IMG/VR virus record: IMGVR_UViG_2974673715_000001 | Location: 1 to 64,000 of that record | DNA length: 64,000 bases | Direction: 5' to 3' (one strand) | From: a virus | Taxonomy: Duplodnaviria > Caudoviricetes | Part shown: positions 1-9,344 of the stretch, in pieces | Layout: each line of letters opens with the position of its first letter | Numbering within the stretch: the stretch's first letter is position 1 | The notes under the pieces: generated by a model | Told to the model about the DNA's origin: nothing | Seen by the model: only the letters and a program-made list of their open reading frames with translations | The model's database searches: none | Translations under genes and position numbers: made by a program

Positions 1-576
1 ATGTATCTTTCACTCAAACAACACTTCACTAAACCAGACTACGATTACTACAAATATAACGGAAAGGTACGTGCGAACGAAAAGTCATTTGAGCAAAGGC
101 AAGACCGTTATTTTTTTAAAAAGTTAGCGACAAAACATACAGGAGATAAACTCTTAAATTATTTTGTCGCTAATTTTGTAGACAATCCTAAAGGATATCT
201 CAGATCATTTAGTGAGGATACCTATAATAAATGGAGAATACATCAAGAGTCTTTCACTTATAAATTTAAACAAGATGTAAATCTTTTACTCGATGATTAT
301 GAGTTTCCATATCAGGAAGCATTTGATAGAATGTTCATAGTCACTTCTGGTCAGCATCCAAAAATCATGAGACACTATCTATCTGGAGAGATCTCATTAG
401 AAACATTGGTTGTATTTGAAACATGTTTAGGGTTCGTTGAAAATTTTGATAAAACTTTGTCAGATCCTATCTGGAAAGATACCCGAATGAAGGTCATGAA
501 GTATAAACCATTTCTAAAATTAAATTGTCAAGAGTATAAGTCGGTAATCTTAGATACTATTAAAACAAAGTTATGA
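1..576 (+). CDS. gp59: T4 gp59-like helicase loader (N-terminus may lie outside window)
   Basis: YLSLKQHF..YDY.KY.GK and ISLETL motifs; upstream of gp32 as in T4-like phages. Confidence 0.85.
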   Translation: MYLSLKQHFTKPDYDYYKYNGKVRANEKSFEQRQDRYFFKKLATKHTGDKLLNYFVANFVDNPKGYLRSFSEDTYNKWRIHQESFTYKFKQDVNLLLDDYEFPYQEAFDRMFIVTSGQHPKIMRHYLSGEISLETLVVFETCLGFVENFDKTLSDPIWKDTRMKVMKYKPFLKLNCQEYKSVILDTIKTKL

Positions 577-902
577 GTAAATTTTTCGAGTCCCAACAAG
601 TCCAAGAAGATCTACAATCAATCTTTAATTTTTACAAAGAAATTTCATCAGAGACAGTACGTTTAGGAATCATGGATAAAGAAGAGAAACTAGAACACAT
701 TGAAGATTGTAAAGCACTTATTGATAAACAAAAGACTTTCTATACAAGGTTGTGTCTAGCATCTAAAGAAGATAAAGAAGCAGCAGATATGAAGAACAGA
801 GTCAATGCTTTAACTAATGCGTTTGGATATGAGGACCTAATCGAGTGTATGAATGCAATGGTTGCTACACTAGAGGCAGCAGCAAAGAGGGATGATCTAT
901 GA
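573..902 (+). CDS. Conserved cyanophage hypothetical protein (DUF1825-like)
   Basis: FFESQQVQE..LIDKQKTFYTRL pattern; ATGA overlap with gp59. Confidence 0.6.
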   Translation: MSKFFESQQVQEDLQSIFNFYKEISSETVRLGIMDKEEKLEHIEDCKALIDKQKTFYTRLCLASKEDKEAADMKNRVNALTNAFGYEDLIECMNAMVATLEAAAKRDDL

Positions 903-1075
903 AAATTAATATGATATCTGATGCACTCAAGATAGAATTAAAAGATCTTATCAATGAGGTTTTAGATGAGAGAGAACATCAGAAAAAACTAGACGGTCCT
1001 TATGACTTTCCAGAAGATACTGATTGGCAACCAGATGATGATGGTCTTGATTATGAAGTAAATTACTATGGATAA
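899..1075 (+). CDS. Small acidic hypothetical protein (58 aa, not in ORF track)
   Basis: ATGA overlap with upstream stop; MKINMISDALKIELKDLINEVLDE...YYG*. Confidence 0.55.
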   Translation: MKINMISDALKIELKDLINEVLDEREHQKKLDGPYDFPEDTDWQPDDDGLDYEVNYYG

Positions 1076-1153
1076 GAAGTTAAAAGATTTTATAGAGAAA
1101 TGGAAGAAGCGTTTACGTTTCCCCAAAATGCCACCACCACCAAGTTGCCCCGC

Positions 1154-1182
1154 TTGACAACACCTATATACTATGCTACGAT
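1154..1182 (+). promoter_or_regulatory. Sigma70-like promoter for gp32
   Basis: TTGACA-17nt-TACGAT with TG extension. Confidence 0.7.
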
Positions 1183-1231
1183 TACACAGTAGTATACAAA
1201 CAACTTACACACTAAAACGGAGAATACGATT

Positions 1232-2152
1232 ATGTCTTTCGCATCACTTAAGAAAGCATCTAGCACTGGAAATACTTTTGCTAGATTGACTAAGGAGATC
1301 GAGAAACTAAACCAACCTGCTCAAGGTAACAGTGGCGCAGACGAGCGTCTTTGGAAACCAGAATTGGACAAGTCAGGTAACGGTTATGCTGTTATCAGAT
1401 TCTTGCCCGCACCTGATGGAGAGGAACTTCCTTTCGCTAAGATCTGGTCTCATGCCTTCAAAGGTCCTGGTGGTCAATGGTATATTGAAAACTCATTGAC
1501 AACTCTTGGTAAACAAGACCCTGTTTCAGAATACAATACTGAACTCTGGAACGCTGCAGGAGAGGGTTCTTCTGAACGTGCACAAGCACGAGCACAGAAG
1601 AGAAAACTTTCTTACTACTCTAACATTTACGTTGTGAGTGATCCTGCACACCCTGAGAATGAGGGTAAGGTCTTCCTATACAAATACGGTAAAAAGATTT
1701 TTGATAAACTCGTTGAAGCAATGCAACCTGCATTTGCAGACGAGACTCCAATCGATCCTTTCAATTTCTGGAAGGGTGCTGACTTCAAATTGAAGATCCG
1801 CAAGGTCGATGGTTACTGGAACTATGATAAGTCTGAATTTGCCCCACCTAATACACTAGGTGATTATGATGACAAACGTCTAGAACAAATTTGGAAAGAG
1901 GCATACTCTCTTGCTGAGTTTGAAGATCCTAAGAACTTTAAGTCTTATGAACAACTTAAGGCACGTCTTAGTTTAGTCTTGGGTAACACTGCTCCAGTAG
2001 CACGTCCTGATGAATCTTTTGAAGATGTTAAACCTCAGACTCCAGATTGGGGATCAGAAGTTAAAGATTTTCGAGAGAAAGCAGTTGCCTCTGCTCCTGC
2101 CGAGGATGACGTAGAACTTTCCTACTTTGCAAAACTTGCTGAAGAGGACTGA
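1232..2152 (+). CDS. gp32: Single-stranded DNA-binding protein
   Basis: DERLWKP..GNGYAVIRFLP, YKYGKKIFDK, acidic tail SYFAKLAEED. Confidence 0.97.
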   Translation: MSFASLKKASSTGNTFARLTKEIEKLNQPAQGNSGADERLWKPELDKSGNGYAVIRFLPAPDGEELPFAKIWSHAFKGPGGQWYIENSLTTLGKQDPVSEYNTELWNAAGEGSSERAQARAQKRKLSYYSNIYVVSDPAHPENEGKVFLYKYGKKIFDKLVEAMQPAFADETPIDPFNFWKGADFKLKIRKVDGYWNYDKSEFAPPNTLGDYDDKRLEQIWKEAYSLAEFEDPKNFKSYEQLKARLSLVLGNTAPVARPDESFEDVKPQTPDWGSEVKDFREKAVASAPAEDDVELSYFAKLAEED

Positions 2153-2203
2153 TTATAAACTGGCACAAGGAGGGTTGTAATGACCCTCCTTTTCTAGTAT
2201 AAT
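2144..2203 (+). promoter_or_regulatory. Palindrome-promoter element, copy 1 (degenerate left arm), with embedded terminator
   Basis: ACTGGCACA 2159-2167; TTGTAA-17-TATAAT (2198-2203). Confidence 0.6.
2167..2193 (+). terminator. Rho-independent terminator after gp32
   Basis: AAGGAGGGTT-GTAAT-GACCCTCCTT followed by T run. Confidence 0.7.
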
Positions 2204-2225
2204 TAAAACATACACAAGGAATACA

Positions 2226-2660
2226 ATGAAAACTGCCCTCGCTGCAATCATGTTACTTGCATCTGTCCCTGTAAATGCTGAAAGCATTGGAGACAGGAGT
2301 AATCGTCAAGCGTATGAATCCTCTAGAGGATATGCATACGAACAAAATTGCTATCGTTATGAATATCGGGAAGAGTACGTTCCTGGCACATCTAGATCGC
2401 CTGGTTACGTCAGATCTTACCGAGAAAAGATTGCAACACCATGTTTCTATGGTGATCATAGCAGATCTTCAACTGCCCCTTCAAGAGTTTACAGAACTCC
2501 ATCACCTGATGGTAATGAGTGTAGCGAAGGAGCAATTCTTGGAGGAATCTTAGGAGGAGGTGCAGGTGCAGCACTATCACAAGGAGACGGTCGTTGGTGG
2601 GCAATACCTTTGGGAATTGTCGGTGGATCTATGATCGGTTGTGATATTGATGGAGGTTAG
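2226..2660 (+). CDS. Secreted glycine-zipper 2TM protein
   Basis: N-terminal signal peptide; C-terminal GAILGGILGGGAGAA...GIVGGSMIG. Confidence 0.75.
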   Translation: MKTALAAIMLLASVPVNAESIGDRSNRQAYESSRGYAYEQNCYRYEYREEYVPGTSRSPGYVRSYREKIATPCFYGDHSRSSTAPSRVYRTPSPDGNECSEGAILGGILGGGAGAALSQGDGRWWAIPLGIVGGSMIGCDIDGG

Positions 2661-2914
2661 TGATGTCAAAAACTAAAACTCCTATAAGCAAAGAAGAAGT
2701 CGAAGATATGATTGAGTTTGCTATCAACAGACACAATCGTAATGCAGGACTCATCAGTATGGTTTTAGGATTTCTATTCATCGCACTCTTTGCAGATGGA
2801 TTCTTTAGAGTTATCGGAGAGATACCTCCATTTATGGGTATCGATGTTGATATACTCAAAGAGATAGTGGAAAGAACAAAAGATGAAGTATTAAAAGCAC
2901 TTTCAAGATCATGA
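2660..2914 (+). CDS. Host-like small membrane protein
   Basis: RHNRNA + hydrophobic helix + IPPF; resembles picocyanobacterial hypotheticals. Confidence 0.6.
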   Translation: MMSKTKTPISKEEVEDMIEFAINRHNRNAGLISMVLGFLFIALFADGFFRVIGEIPPFMGIDVDILKEIVERTKDEVLKALSRS

Positions 2915-2993
2915 ACAACATAGGATTAGAAGTTGTCTTCTGGACAATATTGTCAGTTTATTTACTAGCAAAAATCGGAGTCTTTAAAAAGAA

Positions 2994-3353
2994 ATGAATG
3001 ATGTAGCAGTAGTAATATACTTGATTTTATTTGTTATGTTATTCGCAGCAACCTTTGCATACATGTTTAGGTTGATGGGTTCTACGTTGGATTCTTTTAA
3101 TAAGGCATCAATTGGACATCCTGAGTTGCGAGGTGTTAGAGAAGGTGAACAGTTGTTAGGAGTTACTTTCAAGGGATATGAAGAACTATCACTAGATGAA
3201 GTAGAAAAATATCCAGTAAGTGCACAAAGAGACCATGAGTCCATAGAACTCTATCGTGATTTACAAGATCGTATTGATGAACTTGATGATGAAGACGATG
3301 ATGATGACGATGGTGATATCCCTGCTAAACCGTACGTCGGTTCTGGAATCTGA
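2994..3353 (+). CDS. Membrane protein, DUF2973-like, acidic tail
   Basis: N-terminal TM helix, HPEL motif, poly-Asp. Confidence 0.55.
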   Translation: MNDVAVVIYLILFVMLFAATFAYMFRLMGSTLDSFNKASIGHPELRGVREGEQLLGVTFKGYEELSLDEVEKYPVSAQRDHESIELYRDLQDRIDELDDEDDDDDDGDIPAKPYVGSGI

Positions 3354-3411
3354 AATTGACTTTTAGTTCCCATGAAACCGCAAAAAAATTTCCGCCAAAA
3401 ATTTGACCCCT
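3353..3411 (+). repeat. 59-bp intergenic direct repeat, copy A
   Basis: 53/59 identical to 8342-8400 by manual alignment. Confidence 0.9.
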
Positions 3412-3421
3412 TTAGATTTTT

Positions 3422-3895
3422 ATGAGTGACATACATTTTAAAAAACACCGAGTGTTCCGAGAAACAGACGGTGTTATTTTTTATGACATATCAGTAGAGG
3501 AATCTAACGCTTCTGACTTAGTTGTTCATGAAGGTCCTGCTCAATCTCCTCCACCTGATTGTGTAGGAGGGAAACAATTCTATATACATTCCTTTCAAGA
3601 TGATTACAACAGAGTTGTATCAGGCACAAGAATGTTTGAATTAGTTAATTATGATTGGAGATTCCCATATCATATAGTGCACCTTGATGTGCATAGTGGT
3701 GCATTAATTATTCCTCGTGGAACATTTCATAGATCTCAATCAGGAGAACATGGATCTATTGTAATCAATCAAGCAAAGAGATACGATGGATTTGATGCTA
3801 GTGCAGAGTTCTATCCTGTATCTTGTGCAGAGAACGTTCAACTATATAATGTATTAAAGAATGAGAAACCAGTAATTCATCGCTTAGGAGAATGA
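3422..3895 (+). CDS. RmlC-like cupin, host-like
   Basis: H..Q.D.N and LIIPRGTFHRS cupin motifs. Confidence 0.65.
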   Translation: MSDIHFKKHRVFRETDGVIFYDISVEESNASDLVVHEGPAQSPPPDCVGGKQFYIHSFQDDYNRVVSGTRMFELVNYDWRFPYHIVHLDVHSGALIIPRGTFHRSQSGEHGSIVINQAKRYDGFDASAEFYPVSCAENVQLYNVLKNEKPVIHRLGE

Positions 3896-4061
3896 CTCAA
3901 AGTTATCACATTTATTTTCAAGAAAAAGTCCTCTTTAAAAATTTGACAATAGAGGAATTTACTTTAATATGGGACAAACTCTATACTTCCTATTGGAAAG
4001 ATGACATAACGTATTCTATATGTTATGATGAAGCATGTGATCTAGAACCCTCTTTTTAATT

Positions 4062-4349
4062 ATGATTCCATTTTTACTTACTAGTGCAGCATTTCTTAAC
4101 TTTGCATTTTATATCTATGCAATTGGATTTGTAGTTGCACTCGCCTTAGAGCAGTATCTCAAGGTCAGACCCCTGTCTGCTGACTCATCGATGAATGAGA
4201 GAAATAATTATATTGTGCAGACTAATAGAAAATATTGTTGGCGACAAGCATGGGTAGTAAATCTTTTTTGGTTCCTATGTAATATAGCATTGTTTGTTAT
4301 ATCAAGGAACATGCAAACACCTCAAGATACTTTCTGGAACGGAATATGA
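4062..4349 (+). CDS. Host-like membrane protein
   Basis: Two hydrophobic helices. Confidence 0.55.
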   Translation: MIPFLLTSAAFLNFAFYIYAIGFVVALALEQYLKVRPLSADSSMNERNNYIVQTNRKYCWRQAWVVNLFWFLCNIALFVISRNMQTPQDTFWNGI

Positions 4350-4454
4350 AGAAGGAATCAAAAGAAAGAGAGTATGCTAAGGATAGAATGGAATACTTCA
4401 GAGAGTTCCATCGAGTCATTGCACCAGTAGTTGTAATGAAAGTGGAGGGTAAAG

Positions 4455-4754
4455 ATGAATAAAATTTATGCAACTTGTCTTATTGGTGCAGTAGCATGGT
4501 GTGCTGCATCAGTAGAAGCATGTAGTCCTCGTTTGGATGGGGGAGAAACTTATTGCCCTCCAATTGATGAAGTATTCTTACCAAAAGAAGAGATGAAGGG
4601 TGAACTTGATGTTTACGATATTAATCACTGGGCAGCTATACAAGGTATGTTTATCAGAAACCAAAGAAGAGAACAGATAGAAGAAAATGCGACTCATCCT
4701 ACTGACGCAATAGATAAGGCATTACTTGATTTTTGGAATGATGACGGAGTATGA
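4455..4754 (+). CDS. Hypothetical secreted protein
   Basis: Signal-peptide-like N-terminus; GGAGG RBS. Confidence 0.55.
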   Translation: MNKIYATCLIGAVAWCAASVEACSPRLDGGETYCPPIDEVFLPKEEMKGELDVYDINHWAAIQGMFIRNQRREQIEENATHPTDAIDKALLDFWNDDGV

Positions 4755-4989
4755 AAGACGAGCAGAAGACCCCTGTTGGCAGCATAAACAAAAGTGTATC
4801 GCAATGTTCACCCTCGATTCACACAACACTAGCTACATATATCGTAGAGAAGATGGAACATATTACTGGCAGCATTGTAGAAAAGAAGCGGAAGACGACC
4901 TCTTCGTAGATGCTGATGGGTTGCAACTAGAACTTCTAGGTGACCCTGTGCTATCTAAAGAATTTATTTTTAAAGCAATATTTTACTAA
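4726..4989 (+). CDS. Hypothetical protein (start probably 4738/4741)
   Basis: Fills the gap up to the gp53 stop. Confidence 0.5.
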   Translation: MIFGMMTEYERRAEDPCWQHKQKCIAMFTLDSHNTSYIYRREDGTYYWQHCRKEAEDDLFVDADGLQLELLGDPVLSKEFIFKAIFY

Positions 4990-5945
4990 TATCCGCCACC
5001 ATATCCAGATCCAGAAGAGCCGCTAGAACTTGAACTAGAACTGCTAGAACTAGAGGAGGAACTAGAAGAAGAACTACTACTGGAACTCGAACTGGTCGAA
5101 CTGGTCGAACTGGTTGATGAGTATGCTTGTTGGTTACTGACATCGCCTACGTTGCTAGTGGTGGTTGTGCTAGTTGTTGCTGATGTTGTCGAACTTACCA
5201 CACCTGCGGTTGCACTGGTTGCAGAAGGTCCGTTATCAAATGATGTCACAGCAGTATTAACTGAAGATGCAGAAGCACTGCCACTAACATAACCAACAGC
5301 ATCAAAGAATCTAGAAGCAATACTGAGAGGTGACTTCTTATTATTTACGTTATCTAACTCTGCATGAGGAGCGTACGAAACAAGAGTTTCAAACTCTTGA
5401 ATCATTCTATCTACAATTCCTCTATTGGGAACTTTAATTATTCTTTTTAATTCATTTAAGTAATGTTCATGCTCATAATTAGATACTGGATATATTGAAT
5501 CACTCTCACCTTTTGTAGTTCCGTCTGGTAAAACTGTTCTGTAAGTTGAATTTACTTGAATTCCTTCTTTGACTAAAACTATTCCATTATATAAAACCTC
5601 TTTTGTTTCATAGTGATGCACAACTTCTGGATCGCCATACTTTTTAACAACCATATCTTGTAGATCTGCTTCACTTCTTGGCCACTGCTCATAAAAATCA
5701 GTAATATTGTTTACCATTAATACAACCCAATCTAAAAATGGATCTCCTAATGCTGCTTCGGCAATCATTGAGGGAGTTTCGCCTTCTGATAACGAATACG
5801 ATTCAAAGAAGGTTGTATATTTTTCTAGGTCTTCTCTTACTATAATTCTACGAGATATATTTTTTGCTAAACGATATTTGAAGGGTTCATCATTCTTGAC
5901 ACCCTCGCCAACATATACGTTTGGTAGAAAATTAAAATATGCCAT
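4986..5945 (-). CDS. gp53: Baseplate wedge subunit with Ser/Thr-rich tail
   Basis: MAYF..LP, GETP..IA..W.VL..NNI, HHYET, NELKR.IK. Confidence 0.9.
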   Translation of the reverse strand: MAYFNFLPNVYVGEGVKNDEPFKYRLAKNISRRIIVREDLEKYTTFFESYSLSEGETPSMIAEAALGDPFLDWVVLMVNNITDFYEQWPRSEADLQDMVVKKYGDPEVVHHYETKEVLYNGIVLVKEGIQVNSTYRTVLPDGTTKGESDSIYPVSNYEHEHYLNELKRIIKVPNRGIVDRMIQEFETLVSYAPHAELDNVNNKKSPLSIASRFFDAVGYVSGSASASSVNTAVTSFDNGPSATSATAGVVSSTTSATTSTTTTSNVGDVSNQQAYSSTSSTSSTSSSSSSSSSSSSSSSSSSSSSSSSGSSGSGYGGGY

Positions 5946-7084
5946 TAGTATCCTCTTATGATGTCTGATTGACTGAGGAGACGAACCTCAGTAAATTGTA
6001 CTTGTAGTTCAACAGCAGGAACTTGAATCATGGTACCGTCAATTCTTTTTATTGAGGTATACTGATTGTCTGGTGTGTAATTAACAGATAACCCAGAACA
6101 TACACAGGTATCCATTAAAAAATGTAAAGTTAAACTTTGATTAACAGCTTCTGGATCTGCATAGGGTATACCTCCAGAAGCACTACTAAATTCACCTGAC
6201 TTTGGATTCATTCTCATAAATGCTAGTTCATATTGATCAGGAATACCAAAAAATCTATACCCTGCCATTACACCACCATTATCTCTGAGAAAAGTTTTAA
6301 AATTATCTGACGTTTGATCCTTGGCACCAGTAGTATTTTCAAGTTTCTTTGCATCATTACCTTCGTCAGTTAAGACTGAATCCAATACAGCACTTTTTTG
6401 ACTTACGTTAGCACCTACCTTAGGGTGAGCACCAACTTTTACATATTGAATTATGTTTTTGATTTCTTGTGCTTCTTTATAGTTTCTTGCAAACATTTTA
6501 AAAGCAAATGAATGGTTTCTAAAATTCATTTGACTAAATATCTGCTCAACATAAGGATTGAATACTTTTCCTTCTGTTAAACCTGCTAGAGAGTTCATGT
6601 TTAAATTCCCTCGTACGCCTAGGAAACCAGATAGAGCATTAGCACCTGATGCAATAGTAGAAGCAAAAAACTCTGGAAGCACAGCTCTTGCAGCGTCTTG
6701 AAGTGAACCTGCTACGCTTTCAAAATTGTTCTGCGTTCCACTGGTAAGTGCATTGATCGCAGCCATACCTCCAATACCTAAATTTGTTTGATTATATACT
6801 GGTGAATACTGAGCATTAATACCACCAGGAATTGCAAGATATGCTATTGAAGAATGATAATTTGTTTGACCTAAGTTTCTAGGATAATTATTTTGCCCGT
6901 AATATGCTTTACCACCATCATCATGATATACAGTTTTCTTTCTACGAATTCTTAGGTAATCTGTCTTTCCAGTAAGACTATCAGCTGAATCTCCATTAAA
7001 GTCTTGATCCATTACAGGGGGTTGTAATGGATAACGTAGGGTTGATTTACCGTAATCTCCGTCGTCTAAGAATTCAGTTGCCAA
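5945..7084 (-). CDS. gp48: Baseplate tail tube cap
   Basis: LRYP, NPY.EQIF....FR.HSF.FK..ARN..EA, CVC..LSVNYTPD, FTE. Confidence 0.88.
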   Translation of the reverse strand: MATEFLDDGDYGKSTLRYPLQPPVMDQDFNGDSADSLTGKTDYLRIRRKKTVYHDDGGKAYYGQNNYPRNLGQTNYHSSIAYLAIPGGINAQYSPVYNQTNLGIGGMAAINALTSGTQNNFESVAGSLQDAARAVLPEFFASTIASGANALSGFLGVRGNLNMNSLAGLTEGKVFNPYVEQIFSQMNFRNHSFAFKMFARNYKEAQEIKNIIQYVKVGAHPKVGANVSQKSAVLDSVLTDEGNDAKKLENTTGAKDQTSDNFKTFLRDNGGVMAGYRFFGIPDQYELAFMRMNPKSGEFSSASGGIPYADPEAVNQSLTLHFLMDTCVCSGLSVNYTPDNQYTSIKRIDGTMIQVPAVELQVQFTEVRLLSQSDIIRGY

Positions 7085-7093
7085 GATTTCTGC

Positions 7094-7125
7094 CTAAATA
7101 CTAACATGGTCTCTATGTATTTATG
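7094..7125. promoter_or_regulatory. Overlapping divergent T4-type late promoters (gp4 on +, gp48 on -)
   Basis: CTAAATA at 7094-7100 (+); CATAAATA at 7118-7125 (-). Confidence 0.6.
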
Positions 7126-7542
7126 AGGTATCAAGGAAAATATCGACCAAACTTTCCAAGAAAGTATAAAGGTGACCCCAATAACGTTATTTATAGATCG
7201 TCTTGGGAGTATAAGTTCATGAAATGGTGTGATATAACCTCCACGGTTCAAGAATGGGGTAGTGAAGAGATTATTATTCCCTATATTTCCCCTGTTGATG
7301 GTAAAAGACACAGATACTTTCCAGATTTCTATGTAAAGATAGAAGGTAGAAGGTATTTGGTTGAAGTTAAACCATTGAAACAAACAAAAGAACCTAAAAC
7401 TCAGAAACGAATGACAAAACGTTATATTAATGAAGTCGTGACTTGGAGTGTCAATCAAGCAAAATGGAAAGCAGCATCTGAGTTTTGTAAAGATCAAAAC
7501 TGGGAATTTATGTTGATCACCGAAAAGGAACTTAAAGTATAA
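7123..7542 (+). CDS. gp4: Head completion nuclease
   Basis: KYKGDP..YRSSWE..WGSEE..YFPDF..EVKP..NQAKW. Confidence 0.95.
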   Translation: MRYQGKYRPNFPRKYKGDPNNVIYRSSWEYKFMKWCDITSTVQEWGSEEIIIPYISPVDGKRHRYFPDFYVKIEGRRYLVEVKPLKQTKEPKTQKRMTKRYINEVVTWSVNQAKWKAASEFCKDQNWEFMLITEKELKV

Positions 7543-8336
7543 TGGCAATCATTAACACAGAACAAGCACAGTATCCTTCATATCAAGAGTTCCTAGCGTT
7601 CTCGAAGAAAGAAGATAATCATCCGAGTTTTACTAACCTGTTCTCGGTTCATTTTGCTGCACCTAGACTATTACAAAGTAACTTGGGACCTTCAGTAGGA
7701 GGAAGTAAAACAAAAAGATTACATCCAGAGACTCCTCAACTCCGCACTCTCTTAAATTACTATGCTAATTCTGTAAACCTTCCCAGTAAACAGATGACTA
7801 CTGGTTCTTTCCTAAGTGTAGGAACAGCAATTAAGTATGCGACTAACCAAGCGTACAGTCAGATGAATATATCTTTCATTATGCCACGTTCACAGTATAC
7901 TAGAGCATTTTTTGAAGAGTGGACTACAAGAATTTCCGCTGATTCAAATCAATATGTAGAATTTTATGATGATTATGTTTGTCCATCACTTAGAGTATAT
8001 AAATGGGAGAGAGGTGGAGGAAAAGATGTAGTGCAAGATGAGAAAATGATCAAAGCATTGAAGGATGCAGGTGATCCTTATCTAATTGCAAAACAATATA
8101 GAGTCACTGCGGTATGGGAGATGAGAAATGTATTTCCCTTTAACATTGGATCAATTCAATTAAACAATGATACCTCTAGAGCAATGACTCTGACAGTAGG
8201 ACTCTTATATGAACGCTATCGTCTTACAGTTGCGGATGACTTCAGTGATCCTGGCACATATCAGTTTCCTGGTGATAGTAATCCATTTACATCAAACATT
8301 CCTCAACTTGATAGATATAATAGTGCAGTCTTCTAA
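7542..8336 (+). CDS. gp54/gp19-like tail tube initiator
   Basis: VNLP, FFEEW, VFP.NIG.I.L, LTV..YERY pattern of the tail-tube fold. Confidence 0.65.
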   Translation: MAIINTEQAQYPSYQEFLAFSKKEDNHPSFTNLFSVHFAAPRLLQSNLGPSVGGSKTKRLHPETPQLRTLLNYYANSVNLPSKQMTTGSFLSVGTAIKYATNQAYSQMNISFIMPRSQYTRAFFEEWTTRISADSNQYVEFYDDYVCPSLRVYKWERGGGKDVVQDEKMIKALKDAGDPYLIAKQYRVTAVWEMRNVFPFNIGSIQLNNDTSRAMTLTVGLLYERYRLTVADDFSDPGTYQFPGDSNPFTSNIPQLDRYNSAVF

Positions 8337-8341
8337 AACCA

Positions 8342-8400
8342 AAATCGACTTTTAGTTCCCAGATAACCGCAAAAAAAATCCCGCCAAAAATTTGACCCCT
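8342..8400 (+). repeat. 59-bp intergenic direct repeat, copy B
   Basis: 53/59 identical to 3353-3411; followed by late promoter CTAAATA at 8412. Confidence 0.9.
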
Positions 8401-8439
8401 AGGGTTTTTGACTAAATAACTATACTGAATTGAACTTCT

Positions 8440-9156
8440 ATGGCATTACCTAAGTTAAATGTACCAAAGTACAAAATGAAACTACCGTCAGATGGTAGAA
8501 CGGTGAATTATAGACCATTCCTCGTTAAAGAAGAGAAACTTTTACTTCTCGCAACTCAATCTCAAGACCAAGAACAGTTAATCGTTGCTATTAAAGATAT
8601 CATGGCTGCTTGCACAGATATCAAGGATATTGATAAATTGGCAACTTTTGACATTGAATACCTTTTCTTACAGATTAGAACTAAATCTGTTGGTGAAACT
8701 GTGAAGGTCTCTTTGACCTGCCCTGATGATGGTGAAACTACTGTTGAAGTAGATATTCCTCTTGATGAAATCAAAGTCAAAAAGACTAGAGGTCACAAAA
8801 CTGATCTTAAAATTACTGATGAAGTCACGGTTACTATGGGGTATCCAAGTTTAGATACTTTTGTTAGTATGAACTTTGTTGGTGATGGTTCTGAAGTGGG
8901 TGTTGATCAAGTCTTTGAAATGGCAGGAAGTTGTATCAAGACAATTTCTGATCCAGAACAAGTTTATGACTGTCAGGACGTACCTAAAAAAGAAATTCAA
9001 GACTTCTTTGAAGGTATGGACACTAAACAGTTTCAAATGGTTCAAGACTTTTTTGAAACTATGCCGAAACTAACTCACACAGTTAAGGTTACGAATCCAA
9101 ACACAGGTGTTGAGAGTGATGTAATTCTGGAGGGATTAGCAAGTTTTTTCGGATAG
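8440..9156 (+). CDS. gp26: Baseplate hub subunit
   Basis: MALPKL..P.Y, YRPFLVKEEK.LL.A, FDIEYLFLQIR.KSVGE, LEGLASFF. Confidence 0.93.
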   Translation: MALPKLNVPKYKMKLPSDGRTVNYRPFLVKEEKLLLLATQSQDQEQLIVAIKDIMAACTDIKDIDKLATFDIEYLFLQIRTKSVGETVKVSLTCPDDGETTVEVDIPLDEIKVKKTRGHKTDLKITDEVTVTMGYPSLDTFVSMNFVGDGSEVGVDQVFEMAGSCIKTISDPEQVYDCQDVPKKEIQDFFEGMDTKQFQMVQDFFETMPKLTHTVKVTNPNTGVESDVILEGLASFFG

Positions 9157-9161
9157 CCCTA

Positions 9162-9344
9162 ATGCACATGGACTTGAAGACATATTATGAGAGCAATTTT
9201 GCCTTAATTCACCATCACAAGTGGAATCTTGAATATATTGATAATCTCATGCCATGGGAAAAGGAAGTCTATTTCAATCTTCTAATCAACTTCTTAAAAG
9301 AAGAAGAAAAACGTATGAAGGAGCAAAAAGCACAAGGTGGCTAA
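9162..9344 (+). CDS. gp51: Baseplate hub assembly catalyst
   Basis: YY..NFAL..HHKW.L..I.N.MPWE. Confidence 0.85.
   Translation: MHMDLKTYYESNFALIHHHKWNLEYIDNLMPWEKEVYFNLLINFLKEEEKRMKEQKAQGG

Noticed and set aside
1183-1231. T4-like gp32 autoregulatory pseudoknot
   Set aside because: Leader is short and A/C-rich with no convincing stems
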